Below are positions 25,983 through 39,942 of a DNA stretch of 64,000 nucleotides, in pieces. The translations under genes were made by a program, and so were the position numbers. The notes beneath the pieces were generated by a model, which was given only the letters and a program-made list of their open reading frames with translations, did no database searches and was not told where the DNA came from. The DNA is from Octopus sinensis (taxonomy: Eukaryota): NCBI RefSeq assembly GCF_006345805.1, contig NC_043003.1, positions 72,850,001 through 72,914,000 of the forward strand. Direction: 5' to 3'. How positions within the stretch are numbered: position 1 is the stretch's first letter; each line of letters begins with the position of its first letter.

Positions 25983-27219
25983 TTGGGTTGGCAACTAAGT
26001 TCCCACCGTTTTTTAAAGAATTACATTTTTGAAAGGCTTAATAAAAAATAGCAACTAATTAATCAATAATGTATTCATCCTTGTTATTTACTACTTCTTC
26101 CCAACATTCAATAAGATTTTCAATACCCCGTTGGTAGAAATCACCCGATTTCGACTCGAAAAGTTGATCCAACCAAGCTCTCAATTCTGCATCAGTATTG
26201 GACGAAACCCCGCACATAGCATTTGAAAGAGATCGAAAGAAGTGGAAATCCGTTGGTGCCAAATCAGAAGATTACTGCAGGTGTGGCAGCACTTCCCAGC
26301 CATGCGTTTGAATGGCTTCTTTGGTCATATTGGCGATATGAAGGCGGGCGTTGTCGTGCAGTAGAACTCCATGCTGACGATTAGGTCTTTTCTCTAGAAT
26401 AGCTGTGTTGAGTCGTTTTATCTGTTGAACATAGAATTCCGCGTTGACCGTTTGGTTCCGTTCAAGCAATTCGTAGTGGATAATTCCTTTCCAGTTCCAC
26501 CGTACGCACATCATCGTTTTACTCGGATAAAGATCTTGTTTCACGCGCGGTGTCGCTTATTTACCGGGGCTAAGCCATTCTTTACGCTGCTTCATATTGA
26601 TGCACAGCCACCATTTTTCGTCGCCAGTAACGATTCGGTAAAGAAATCTTTGCATGTGTCCATGAATTGAGCGATGACGAGCAAGCAAACCAGCAGAGAT
26701 TGTGGCTCATTGATTTTTGTTGTTCTCATTTAAAGCATACTTCATACTTCTGAACCTTTCCCATCGAGTGAAGATGCTTCTCTATAGCAATGTGGGAGCA
26801 TTCCATTTTCTCTGCCAATTCCCTTGTCGTTTGACGAGAATTTTTGTGCAGAAGTTGGTTTAATCGCTCTTCATCGAACTCAACTTGGCATACCAATCAC
26901 GACCGGTTTTTTCAGCTATGGCACTCTCTCCATACACAGCACAAATATCACGAGCAGCCTTTGCGGCCTTGGAACCTTGATTAAAAGCAAAAAGAAGGTG
27001 TCGAAAAAGCTTATATTTCTTAATTTGACATTCCATTTTAATGATCTGAAATTAGGAAAAGTTAACTAAAATTAACTAGAAAAAACCGCAAAACCAAATA
27101 AATTCCAAAATGATTCAAAAATAGAATTCTCGAAAAAAAATAGATTCCTAAATTTAAAAGCGCAAAAAATTGCAAAAATAAAAAAAAAAAAAACGGCTGG
27201 AACTCAGTTGCCAACCAAA
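25983..27219 (-). mobile_element. Full-length mariner (Tc1/mariner, DD34D type) transposon, 1237 bp
   Basis: TIRs TTGGGTTGGCAACTAAGTTCC and GGAACTCAGTTGCCAACCAAA (2 mismatches), with TA at 25981-25982 and 27220-27221. Confidence 0.95.
26059..27036 (-). pseudogene. Mariner transposase pseudogene
   Basis: MECQIKKYKLFRHLLFAFNQGSKAAKAARDICAVYG...IVTGDEKW...LLHDNARLH...SSDLAPTDFHFFRSL...EYIID*. In-frame stops, frameshifts and a deletion in the HTH linker. Confidence 0.93.
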
Positions 27220-27616
27220 TAGAATACTTAATAAAATATGAAAAACGTGCAAAAAAAATATAACATTGCACATGACCAAAATGAAACAAAATAAAGTAGT
27301 AAAGCTATAAAAATTGAGAAAATAAATCACTGACTCAAGCAAAATAGGCAACTGAAATCCAAGCACGCCTACATTAAGAAAGTGAAAAACTATACAAATA
27401 TGAAGCTCTAGAAATAGAGATTAACAGTATGTAGGATGAAAACGGAAACAATTCCTTTAATCATAGGGAATAATTAAAAAGATGTGAATATATAAATAAA
27501 ATGTAAAAAATTACTAATATACACAGCAATCAGAAAATAGCGCCACTAACCACTGCACATATTAATTAGTCATATAATATAAGTATACAAAATCATGACA
27601 CTGCACGCTTCCAAGT

Positions 27617-28167
27617 TATAACGGCAATACACAATCAAAGAACACTATATAAACCTGCTAAAATGAAATATAGAAGAGCGTAGAGCATGCATTGATAATA
27701 AGCTGTCTCTAATTTTATACAAACTTATAATCGGAGGGAACAAGAGGAATTATTGTAAGTATTGCGTTCGGTTAACATTAAAAGCACTATATAAAAGACT
27801 ACTTGAATAAGCATAACATTATTTATCATGCATATTTTATAACTGACATACTTTTTCAGTATGTGAGTTATGAACTTTAAGTTGTTAAATGTTGTTTGTC
27901 TACGATTCTCTCTATTACTTCCGTTTGTTAGAAATTCAAATTTCTTAGAAATTCAAATTGTTATTACACTCATCCTTTGTTTTAGATTGTTTATGATATT
28001 AACGATGTCCTCCCTGAATATAATCAGTCAATAATTCCTCTTGTTCCCTCCGATTATAAGTTTGTATAAAATTAGAGACAGCTTATTATCAATGCATGCT
28101 CTACGCTCTTCTATATTTCATTTTAGCAGGTTTATATAGTGTTCTTTGATTGTGTATTGCCGTTATA
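27617..28167. mobile_element. Fold-back / long-TIR MITE-like element with perfect 139-bp arms
   Basis: 27617-27755 is the exact reverse complement of 28029-28167. Spacer is 273 bp and the outer ends are TA. Confidence 0.85.
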
Positions 28168-29603
28168 CTACACTTAAATGATAATTCTGCGATCCAAAGG
28201 CCCTTTTATATTCATTATTTATAGGAATTTGTGAACAATTTCTAGGTGGCTACATGTTTCCAACCTAATCACTTAATATATGATAACGAGAGTAACGATG
28301 GAGTGTCACAATTTGTTTTTGTTTCTCGCTAATGTTTATATCCATAATCAATATACACAGGCGAAACATATGGATACATACAAACACAGATACATATATA
28401 CGCACACGTGTGTGTATGAGCGCACGTGTATATGTAGGTGAACAGTTGTTGACTTAAACATCCATTATTCAGAGTGTGATAGGAATGAAAACGCGCGTGC
28501 CAAGTTTAAACATCAATAACAACTCCGATAATTTGTAGCATTTTCCCAGGCCACTTGTTTAAAAGCAACCCAGTAGAAACGATTGATTGTGACGGAATTG
28601 GACGCCCCAGGTTTTTCCATTGAGGAGTAGGGAGCTTTGTTTCAGGATATGCAGATTATTACACAAACAAAGCTTTCAATCACGTTATCTGTTAGAGTAT
28701 GAGAAGGCTCAGTGGTCAAAATTTCAAGTTATTGTTGAGCAACCGTGTCCTTAATCTCTTGTTTTTTCAAATGAACCACGACAAACAAGTGGAGCATCCT
28801 ATCTCTGGAGCTGTCTATTCTAATCGCTAGCGGCAAGGATCCCTTTGGATATATTCCAGTGGAATGAGAACATTTCTATATACCACGGCTTTGGAAAAAC
28901 AGAAATCTCTCAGCGTGCAGGTGGCTTGATTTCAGCAGAGAATTGCTGAGTAAGGGAATGAGAAGTTAGTATTTATTATTGTGGTGTGCTGTCGTGGAAG
29001 CGAATACTGTCTAGGTAGGAATAGCTAACTTTAACACTATGTGCATTGAAGTGACTAAGAACAATAAGGAATTTCTGGGCAACATTTGTAGAGTCGTCTA
29101 AATAACAGACACACACACACACACACATGTATATATTATTGACGTCGCAATCTTTCGGCCTTTTGTATCCACAAGAGGAGGGGCGGAAGACGAATAGAAG
29201 AAGGCGAAAGAGAAGAATCGATCAGAAGTAGTAGTAGTAGTAGTAGTAGAAGAAGGAGAAGTAGAAGAAAAAAAAGAAGAAGAAAAGAAGAAGAAAAAGA
29301 AGAGGAAAAGGGGAGAGGGAGAAGTAAATATAGTGGGCAGTGCTGCATATAGCAAAACGGTTTATCCAGTCGTATTCTGGCGGTGTGCTAGTCCGTACAG
29401 GTAGAGCCATTGTTACCAAAATTCGGCCGATGGAAGACGATGTATTTAACCACACAGCGACATTAGTCTACGGCAACTTAAAGTGAAAAGATCTATTAAA
29501 TAGATAACTAAACAATTGTCCGGAGTTAAAGGATGAGGATGTTAATGATGTATCTGGTGTGTGTGTGTGAGACATAATTTATGACCTTAGTGTGTTTCGG
29601 CAC

Positions 29604-29638
<35 letters not shown>

Positions 29639-30122
29639 CAAGTAGGAATAATACAAGACGAACATAGATACAGAAATGTACACAAGATACACACATACGT
29701 ATATATACTCATGGGGACGCAGACACATATGCACACACGCACACACAGATACCACCCACCCACACAGAGACCCAGGCAACATGTATATATTTATATATAT
29801 AATGCATTTATACATGCATAGACACACGCACACACACACAAACACTCATATATGTATATATATAAATCCATACACACATAGTCACCCACACGATCGTATA
29901 GGTATATCAGTACATCTATACAGACACGTGCATACGTACGTACATATATACATACACTCATAGATATATACATAGATACATATATACATACATACACACA
30001 TATATACATACATAAATACATACACCGATACATATAAGCATACAAATGTACATACACACTCATATATATACATATTTATCTATACATACATGTATATAGA
30101 CACATGTATACACACACACACA

Positions 30123-30163
<41 letters not shown>

Positions 30164-30413
30164 TGCACACACATATATATATATATACTCTCATATATAC
30201 CGGGATATATATTTGCACACACATTAGTGGTAATTTAATTAGAGAATAGACAGAGTAATTCCGAACTAAATAAAATTATACAAGTAAGGTTAAATTAAAT
30301 GAAAAAAGAAAAAAAACGAAAGTACGGCAACACACAGATATCTCTATCCATACACACCTATACCTACGCACATAAACATACACATATATCCAAGCGCATT
30401 GGCGTATACAAAT

Positions 30414-30489
<76 letters not shown>

Positions 30490-30869
30490 ATTCACCAATA
30501 GGTATACATATACAAATTCGCAGGTCCATATACAAACGTATAGGTATACACAAACACAGAGAGAGCTACCTATGTATACATCTCCACATAAATATGCACG
30601 TACACACATACGTACAAAGAAATATATATATATATATCCTAATGAGGATTAAGATGGTTCACATCGAAATCCGAAATCGTGATCCGGCTATGCACGCTGG
30701 TGACTTATCTCACTTTGCCAGTCACAGATGACAGTGCGTTTGTGGCTTTGAGCTAATTTAACTCTTATCATTAGCAAAAGCGGTGCTAGTCAGTACCCCC
30801 TGTTACTTTTGTGACCTCTATTAATTTTGCCTTTAGGTTCTAATTGCTAATAAGCCACCCTTATTAATT

Positions 30870-30912
<43 letters not shown>

Positions 30913-31146
30913 CGCATACACCCACACACATACATACATGCACACCCACACACATATATATATATATATGTATGTATATTAGTATGTCCCATATAGGTCA
31001 GCCACATTTAGGTGGCAAATATACCTCACGATGTGCTGCTACTGTACTGCTACATCTCGCTCAGAGATTTATTATTATCTGTGTATATATGTATATATAT
31101 ATATATATACATATATACATATATACATATATATATACATACATAT

Positions 31147-31211
<65 letters not shown>

Positions 31212-31706
31212 TATGTGTGTGTGTGTGTGTATGTATGTATACATACATACACGCACACACGCATACATATATATATATATATCGAAGCGATGAGCTTCCT
31301 TGTAGTTTCCGCTTACCGAATTATACTCCCCAAACAAGACGCTTGCCAACCTCTTTCTTTAATAGAAGATAATTACCTAATGAAAAGCTCAGTCGATCAA
31401 ACCCGACACTATATTGTTGCAGCGCAAATCTCTTAGCCATGCAACTATAACTGAGAGAGAGAGAGAAAGAGAAAGAGAGATAGAGAGAGAGATAGAGAGA
31501 TAGAGAGAGAGAGTGGTGAAAGAGATTATTTATGTGGGGTATTCAAATTGATTTTATTTTAAAGTTAGAAATAATTTAATTCTGTCATGCCTCCGTTATA
31601 CATTAAAACGATACACAAGATCAAGTTCAGAATTTATTTTCTGATAATCTCTGCTGAACAGTTACTTCTGTATCTCGTGCAAAATCCTATTCTTTTGTTA
31701 TTATGT

Positions 31707-31898
31707 TATTTGTTTCAGTCATTAGACTGCGGTCACGGTGGAGCAGCGCCTTGAAGGGTTTTAGTGGATCAAATCGACCCCGAGACTTATTCTGTGTACG
31801 CCTAGTACTTATTCTATCGTTATCTTTTGCCGAACTGGTAAATTACGGGGACGTAAACACACCAAAATCAGTTTTCAAGTGATGTGGGGAGACAGACA

Positions 31899-31939
<41 letters not shown>

Positions 31940-32117
31940 ACATTATACATACGACAGTCTTCTCTCAGTTTCCGTCTACCAAATCCACTCACAAGGCTTT
32001 GGTCGGCCCGAAGCGGTAGTAGAAAGCTCTTGCTCAAGGTGCCACGCAGTAAAACTGAAGCCTTCCCAAACATGCAGTTCGGAAGGATGCTTCTTACCAC
32101 ACACCCACGTCTGCGTC
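31707..32117 (-). mobile_element. SINE family B
   Basis: CAGTTTCCGTCTACCAAATCCACTCACAAGGCTTTGGTCGGCCCG, internal (CA)n and TTCTTACCACAC head. Confidence 0.85.
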
Positions 32118-32744
32118 TGTAGACACTCTTTGTAAAGGCATAATATTTGTAGGTCGGTTGGGAAGTGTAAGAGTTGAAGTGCTTATTGTAGACTTAATGA
32201 AGACGGAATATGAATTAAATATGCTTACGAACGGTTTTTATATGGTACTTAATCTTTCATAGACATTCTGGATACAATCCAGTTTTATTTTCTTTAATTT
32301 ATCTTTCTGTTAGAATAGGTTTTCAATTATCTATTTTGAAAATTCATAATCAATCAATGATCTTTTTACGCTGTGAAATGAGGGTGAAAATGAAAAACAA
32401 CGGCGAACTGTACCCCTGAGGGAGAGGAAAAAACAACAACAAAAAGCTGCCCTCACATAACGCTGGGAGGTTTAAAGGGAAGAGACTTGAAGGGACTGCA
32501 ATAAACACCACCAACTCCACTCCACTTCACTACTACCCACACAACTAACACTGCCACCACAGCCACCATCAACAGTGAAAACATCACAACAAATATAAAC
32601 ACAAACCAGTCTACATCCAATCAACAATTGAACAACTGCCTCAAAGATCAAAAATTAACGAACCATTATACATCAATACAAAACTGCGCACAATGAATAC
32701 ATACAACACACATAATGATAACAACGACAACAATAATCATGATA

Positions 32745-32950
32745 ATGATTTCAAATTTTAGCGCAAGGCCAGCAATTTCGGGGAGAGGATAAAGCGATTA
32801 GATCGACTCCCGTACTCAAGTGGTACTTATTTTATCGAACCCGAAAGAATGAAATGTAAAGTCTACCTCGGCGGAATTTGAACTCAGAATGTAAAGACGG
32901 ACGAAATGCTGCTAAGCATTTGTTCAGCGTGCTAATGATTGTGCCAGTGT
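32745..32950 (-). mobile_element. SINE family A
   Basis: AAGGCCAGCAATTTCGGGG...GGCGGAATTTGAACTCAGAATGTAAAGACGGACGAAATGC. Confidence 0.8.
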
Positions 32951-33999
32951 CAACAATAATAATAATGATAATAATTCGGTTTCAAAGAAATAAATTAGCA
33001 GTTGTGAACTAGGATCGATTTCATTAACTAGATTCCCCCTCCTCCTAAATTTCTGTCGTTGTGCCAATTGTCAGACAAATATTGTCACACTATTATTATT
33101 ATTGTTGATGTTGTTATTAAAACCATCACCAAAATTTGGTTAAACAGTATTGCTCCTGTGATATTTCTTAAACTAACGTGTACGAAATTCATTTGTGATA
33201 TTTCCTGTAACTGAAGTTTAGGTCATGTATGTTACCAACAGAATGTTTTTTTTCTTTTGACTGCCGGAATATATCAAAGTGACTGTGAGAGAAGTGTGGA
33301 CTAGTTCATTCAAAAACTGTGTTAAGTATATTGTAATTAAATTTGAATAAAACATTCATATGCAAATGCATCATCGAGTGCTTATCTAAATTCTTAAGTT
33401 GTGGAGATTCTCAATGGCGGTTTTCACTTTTGTTATTCAAAATAGATTTCATTCTTACACAAAGTGATCGTTTGTGGAAGAATTATAAAATCTAAAAAAA
33501 CCAAAATCAAAACAAAAAAAAAACAACGAAATAAAATGCAATAAAAGAAAAACCAAAAAATAATAGCTCACCAACTGTTATGACATCGTTCTAATAGCAA
33601 CCTCGAAGGTAAAAATCTCCAAAACATTATAAAAATAAAAATAAAATGAAACTAAAGCTACGCTTAAAATGGAGAAGCAAGTTATTATATTAAGCAAACA
33701 TACAAGTGTGTAAGTGATTAACCTAAACTAACGTTTATTCGCATCACGAAATCCTGAGAAATTCAAAACTTTTAATGTCTGTCGCCAAGAATTTTGGTTA
33801 ACAAAATAAAGTACTAAAGAAAAAATATATATTTTGTATAGTAGAATAAAGCTGAATAAATTGAAATGAAAAGAATTAAAATATACAATAAGACTTAGTG
33901 TACAACCTGCAGGTGGTTGTAAAGTCAGTTATAATATCGTCAACAATAACAACGATAACTTCTTAATAATAGCAACGTCATAAAAAGTTGCAGTACTTG

Positions 34000-34057
34000 T
34001 AATAATAATAATAATAATAATAATTATAATAATAATAATAATAATAATAATAATTAT

Positions 34058-34120
<63 letters not shown>

Positions 34121-34290
34121 GATAATGATAATGATGATGATAATGGCGGTGACGATGATGATGATGCTGATGATGCTGATGCTGATGATGGTGATGCTGA
34201 TGATGGTGATGCTGATGATTATGATGATGATGATAATAATGATGATGATGATAATGATGTTGAAAAGATGATAAAGATGATGATGATGAT
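34000..34290 (+). repeat. (TAA)n then (TGA)n compound microsatellite
   Basis: Direct reading. Confidence 0.95.
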
Positions 34291-35169
34291 ATTTTCTCTA
34301 TCAACTTGAGAAATACAAAAATAAAAAATTAAAACTTTTACTAAGAGTTAGACACAATGAAAAGATAACGTTTGTAAATTACGAAGGGAAGGGGTGAAAT
34401 ACATTATACAATATATGGCAAAACGTATTAACAGTTTTAAAGGTGCAGAATACACATATATCCATACATGTACGCATATGCACACATATATGCATACATA
34501 TACACATATGTATGTATACACACATTTGTACGGAAATAAACGAAACCTACAGTAAAACAAAGTAACTAAAGCAAAATATGTCTCTATAGAAATAAGACAA
34601 GAAATATTTTCTGGCAAAGTCGAAGTACTCCATGATCCCATTCACTTAACCGTTTCACCAGCTGTGCTTGAGTGCAACCGAATGCACTAGTGAGTATGTT
34701 AGGAGGCATTTGGTGCGAAAAAATATAGTGATATTGGGTATTCTTTCTCTGGTAGTAATCTGTCATTTGAATATTGTTTAGAATCTGACCCTAAATATTT
34801 TTTGTTACAACTTCGGAAATTCTGTGGCCATAGAGAAGCGTTATTTTGTCTATCAGTTATTAATTTAGTTTTCAAAACTGGTGAGTTAGAGTTCATTTTC
34901 GTTCCCTGCACTTTTTCCCCATTTTCATGAGGAAGGATTTCGTTGTCGTTTGAAAGAAATTATTCCTCCCTATCTGTTTTCGTTGGTTTTTGTTGTCTTT
35001 TGATGAATTTTCTTACTTTCCTCTGGTATCTTTTTTTAGCTGTAATTATTTCTTTCTCTTTGTGCAACGGAAGTGTAGCACCACAGGCTGGAATTAATGG
35101 GTGGGGAGGTGTTTGTCTATCTATTTCTGATTATCACTGCAAACACAGTAATGATAGTCCTTTCTACTA

Positions 35170-35560
35170 AAGACACAAGGCCTGAGATTTTGGGGGAGGT
35201 GGCTAGTCGATTACAAGGCCTGAAATTTGGTGTCGATTACATCGACTTCAGTGCGTGAGTTTAATCGACTCTGAAAGGATGAAAAGCAAAGTCGATCTCT
35301 GCGGAATTTGAACTCAGAACGTAGTGGCAGACGAAATACCTATTTCTTTACTACCCACAAGGGGCTAAACACAGAGAGGACAAACAAGGACAGACAAACG
35401 GATTAAGTTGATTACTTCGGCCCCAGTGCGTAGCTGGTACTTAATTTATCGACCCCGAAAGAATGAAAGGCAAAGTCGACCTCGGCGGAATTTGAACTCA
35501 GAACGTAACGGCAGACGAAATACGGCTACGCATTTCGCCCGGCGTGCTAACATTTCTGCC
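35170..35560 (-). mobile_element. Tandem family A SINE units
   Basis: AATTTGAACTCAGAACGTA..GGCAGACGAAATAC appears twice, about 190 bp apart. Confidence 0.85.
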
Positions 35561-35789
35561 GTATTTCGACCGATTGTCTGTTTTCCTCACGGTCAAAATG
35601 TAAAATGAAATGGAGTTAGAAATACAAAAATTCGAAATACGAATGGGAGTATTTTGCGTTTCTTTTTATACAAAATAAGGTAATCAGTTTTCGCTTTTAC
35701 ATAACTGGTAACAAGGAAAAAGAAAGAAAGAAAACAGTAAAGAGAATACTTAGTCAAACTGTTTTGTGTACAAGGAATGAAACCCGTCC

Positions 35790-36730
35790 GTCATTTTATT
35801 CATTCCTCCAGAGCGTGACGTTAGCAATTCACAAATATATTTATTCTCATGCGTTTTGAGGACTGAAAGTGCCGTAGAGTCAGAATGCTTTCTGAGAATG
35901 TTTCGAAAAATTAGAGCCGTTTGATGTAAAATGTTCGGCCAGTTCCATAGAAATACTGTTATTTTGCCTGACGTGAAACATATGTCAATTGAATCTTTTA
36001 TTTAATTGTTCTGTTGCACAACCAATATATATCTAGTTGTATTTCGTGCATTCCGCTATGTACATCAAATGGGAATCTTTATACGTTCCACCTTCTGTAT
36101 AAATCATAAGATTTCTGTTATAATTTGTGATGGAATTGACTTGAATGATGCTGTTGCACAATAAACAGGGCATACCTCTCTTGCGGCTGTCTTTCGGAGT
36201 GCAGCTTTCAGAAACTCCAATGGTAGTTTTTGATGGGTTAGAGATAGTGATTAATAGATCCCTTATATTTTTATTGCGTCTAAAGGCTACAATAAGCGGA
36301 CGAGGGAATATTTGGTTGAAACGACGATATTTTTCAGAAATATGCTGGTAACTTTCATGCAACACTTTTGAAATGCCAACGAAATTTCAGTACCAGTTAA
36401 TCACGGTACTTTTACTTCGGCTGCTAAAATTATGTGTGAAAGTTCGAATTTTCTTCCTAATTTTAGCTATGTTATTTGCAATTTACTTTAATCGTAATTC
36501 ACAGCATTTTGCAGTAATCCCTTATATCAGTACAAATCCGTTTTATCCTAAAAAATTAGGATTTGACCTAATTATGATATACGTGATCGGAGCGGTGGTG
36601 AATGTAATTGTGGGATTACTTGGGCTTGCAAAGTAAATCTGTCTCTATTCTGCCTTCTGTAAATGTAATTTTTATGTCTCAAAATTCAACAGTAGTTTTT
36701 GAAACCTAGATGTGAATTTTATATAGTTTT
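35790..36730 (-). mobile_element. Penelope-like element fragment (RT C-terminus plus GIY-YIG endonuclease), pseudogenised
   Basis: Minus strand gives IETDLLCKPK*SHNYIH, PLIVAFRRNKNIRDLL, CLLC, YIAECTK and YIGCATEQLNKRFN*H...LAEHF. Confidence 0.9.
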
Positions 36731-36789
36731 TGCGTAACAGTCACGGAGAGGCAAGAAGTTAAGTGAACTGTCTTGCGATCCTTCCCAGA

Positions 36790-37970
36790 CAAAAAAAGCC
36801 GCCACCTGAATACCAATGTGGATTTCGGGTTGGGAGAGTCACAGTTGACAATATTTTTTCCCTAAGGTAAATTCAAGAAAAACAAAAAACAAAAAACACT
36901 TGTGCAAAATACGTAGTCTTTGTCGACTTGATCAAGGCCTTTGATACAGTGAATCGGGTAGGCGATTTGGAAAATTTTGATAAAATGACAAGGGTAGTAG
37001 CATCTTTGCACGAAGGAATAATGGCAACAGTAACATCTAACGGTCAATATTCAGAGGCATCTTCTGTTTCCACTGGAACCAGTTGTGTTTTAATTCCTGT
37101 ACTTTTTGCTATATTTTTATGATAATGCTCCAACATGCTTTTAAGGATTATCTTGAAGGTGCAAACTTTCAGTCTCGCACAGATTGAAGTCTATTAAACT
37201 TAAATGGACAAAGCTTCAGATCAAAGGAAAAGACCAAGGAAGAGATTGTACGTAATCTTCTGTTTGCTGATGATTGTGCTTTGAATTAGGAAACAGTTGA
37301 CCGGTTTACTACAGCAGCTCGTACATTTGTGTTGGCTATTAGCATTAGGAAGATTGAAATTTTATTCCAACCAAAGTAATGACTGACACTAAGCCACTCA
37401 AAAGGGTCAGGTCATTTAAATATCTTGGAAGTACAAGAAAATTTAAGAGTACTCTTGTTGATGAAATCAATGTTAGAATATAGAAGACAACAAGTAAATT
37501 TGCGAAACCTTCCTATCGTCTGTTGAATGAACACGGTGTCAGTTTGAAAACTAAAATAAATGTATACAAATCTTGTTTTTTGGGCATACTCTTGAATGGG
37601 GCAGAAGCTTGGACTCCTTACTACAGACATATAAAGAAACTTCAAACCTTTCACATGTGCTGTCTGCGCGATATTACGCCATAAAAATGACAATATAAAA
37701 TATCATGTCAAAATTTTAGAAAAATGTGGTATCTCCAGTATCGAAAGCATGCTGTTGAAAACTCAGTGTAGATGGGCAGAATATGTTGTGCGAATGCAAG
37801 ATGATTACATTCCAAAAATTCTTTTGCATGTAGAGGGATTCCGCGATAAAAGAAAACCCATGCTAAAGCATAAGGATATGTGGAAACAATCATTAAATTT
37901 CCTACAACTTAATTTAACATCTTGGGAAAGATATTGTCATGATGCATCTAAACAATTAAAATGAGAATAT
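36790..37970 (+). mobile_element. RTE (BovB-like) LINE RT fragment, pseudogenised
   Basis: PEYQCGFRVGRVTVDNIF, VFVDLIKAFDTVNR, FADDCAL, GAEAWT and RWAEYVVRMQDDYIPKILL. Confidence 0.9.
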
Positions 37971-38039
37971 CTGAAATAAACTCGACTACTCTCACAAAAG
38001 AAAATACTAAAAATGAACCCGACCGCTCTCAAAAATTAA

Positions 38040-38247
38040 ATAAAAAACCGGAAAAATATCCCAGAATCCTTGTCCCGTACTGGATCGGTCCCAAAATCTA
38101 ATCAGTTCGTGTCAGTTACGAGGTCAAATATCCCTGAAAGTTACATCTGAATCCATCCAGCAGTTCTTGAGATATTTTGTCCACTGACAAAGGAACAAAC
38201 AAACATGCCCCCAAACAATTCCGCCACCTTCGCTAAGGCAGAGGTAA
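38040..38247 (+). mobile_element. Putative Helentron-associated (HINE/DINE-1-like) non-autonomous fragment
   Basis: ATCCATCCAGCAGTTCTTGAGATA...AACAAACAAAC...CCGCCACCTTCGCTAAGGCAGAGGTAA. The terminal hairpin-like end resembles my recollection of such elements; family assignment is inference. Confidence 0.4.
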
Positions 38248-38254
38248 TAATAAT

Positions 38255-38460
38255 GGTTTCAAATTTTGGCACAAGGGCAGCAATTTCGGAGGAGTGGGTA
38301 AGTCCGTTACGTCAACCTTCAAAGCTTGAAATGCAAATTTGACCTCGGCGGAATTTGAAATCAGAAAGTAAAGTCGGACGAAATGCCGACTCCGCCGGCT
38401 CGCCACCTACTTTCCTTATCGAGCATGGAAGGATGAAAATGAAAGGTGAGATTTGAACAC
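38255..38460 (-). mobile_element. SINE family A (rearranged)
   Basis: GTTTCAAATTTTGGCACAAGG...GACCTCGGCGGAATTTGAAATCAGAA...CCGGCTCGCCACC. Confidence 0.7.
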
Positions 38461-38493
38461 AAAATACAACTACTACTACTACTACTACTACTT

Positions 38494-38542
<49 letters not shown>

Positions 38543-39449
38543 CACTGATAAAATAGTTCTTAACAGTAATGGTAATATACAAAGTGTAAAAATAATCCCA
38601 ATGGCGTTTGAAAATGCTGTTATTAACACTACTACTACTACTACTAAACCAACAACATCAACATCATCACCAGCAACATTACCATAATCACTCCCATCAA
38701 CAATACATTCGGAACAATAACACTTATAACTGCGTTATATAATAATGGGAGTCAAAATTCCAGATAATGGCTGACAGATGCAATAAAAGAATAAATTGTT
38801 GTAAGACAGTTGGAGTAGATAGAAATTTATTGAAACTAGCGGAGGATATTGACGACGCTCGCATATCACATAGACACAACGACAGACAGCAACATAGCGG
38901 TAAACGCACAAACACAAGCAGATACAACCAGCAGTAAACATAAGCATATACAAACATTATGTAGCAATAGGCATATATACGTATGATAAATATATATATA
39001 TATATTTTGGTATGTTTTCACTTATACACATATATTATATATTACATTAAAATAAGCGTGATTCGTAACAGATGGTCATATGTTTCGTTCTATATGATAT
39101 TATTAATCGAATGATGTGAGGTATAGCTAAAACTGCAATGAACGCATATTCTTTTTAAACTGTATTAGATTAAACGATTTCATATAATTTTAAAATGCAT
39201 AGGAGAGAAGGGCATTAGATGTATGAGTGGGATGTCATTGGAAGAGCACAGGGAAAAAATTATAATTAGAGACAGGAAAAGCAGTAAGGAAATAAAAGCT
39301 AATTAAGAGAAAGTTGGATTTTAATAGAAACGGAGAAGGTAAGTTAGAGGCATAACTAGCGAGTGAACTTAATTTTAGGAAAACTACGAGAGGGAAAAGG
39401 AAACAATTTTAGTTGTAAAGAAAAATAAACATAATTTAAAGGTATCGTT

Positions 39450-39715
39450 TACGTATTTCAGACATTAGACTGCGGCAATGCTGGGGTACCACCTTGAGGA
39501 TGTTTTGTCGAACAAAACGATCCTAGAAATTTTAAAGCCACATGCTTATTCTACTGATCCCTTTTACGGAACCACAATGTTATGGGGACGTAAACACACC
39601 AGCAACGGTTGTCAAGTGGAGGTAGGGAACAAACACAAACACACACACACATAACGGGTTTCTTTCCGTTTCCATCTAGCGAATCCACTCACGAGGCTAT
39701 TGTAGAAGGCACTAT
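39450..39715 (-). mobile_element. SINE family B, degenerate
   Basis: CATTAGACTGCGGCAATGCTGGGG...GGGACGTAAACACACC...TTTCCGTTTCCATCTAGCGAATCCACTCACGAGGC. Confidence 0.7.
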
Positions 39716-39942
39716 CTGTCTGTCTGTCTCTATCTATCTATAAAAATACAGTGTCCATTTCAACAAATAAGAGATGGCCATAACAGGACATCTGACCCGT
39801 TAGAAGTAGTTAAACTCCAAACCACTATTAGGGGTAACTTCGAAAGGGAATGAAAACATTTACCCTCTATTTCCTGTACCATGGTTTCAAGCAATCTTCA
39901 GTAAATAAACTAATTTACTTGGCGAAGCTCTCGTCAGCAGGA

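Noticed and set aside
29222-29455. 77-aa minus-strand ORF in the unique island
   Set aside because: No recognisable similarity, and it runs into a purine/pyrimidine microsatellite.
29603-31436. Many YI/CV/HT-rich ORFs (also at 49956-51274)
   Set aside because: They arise from (TA)n and (CA)n arrays, which lack stop codons in several frames.
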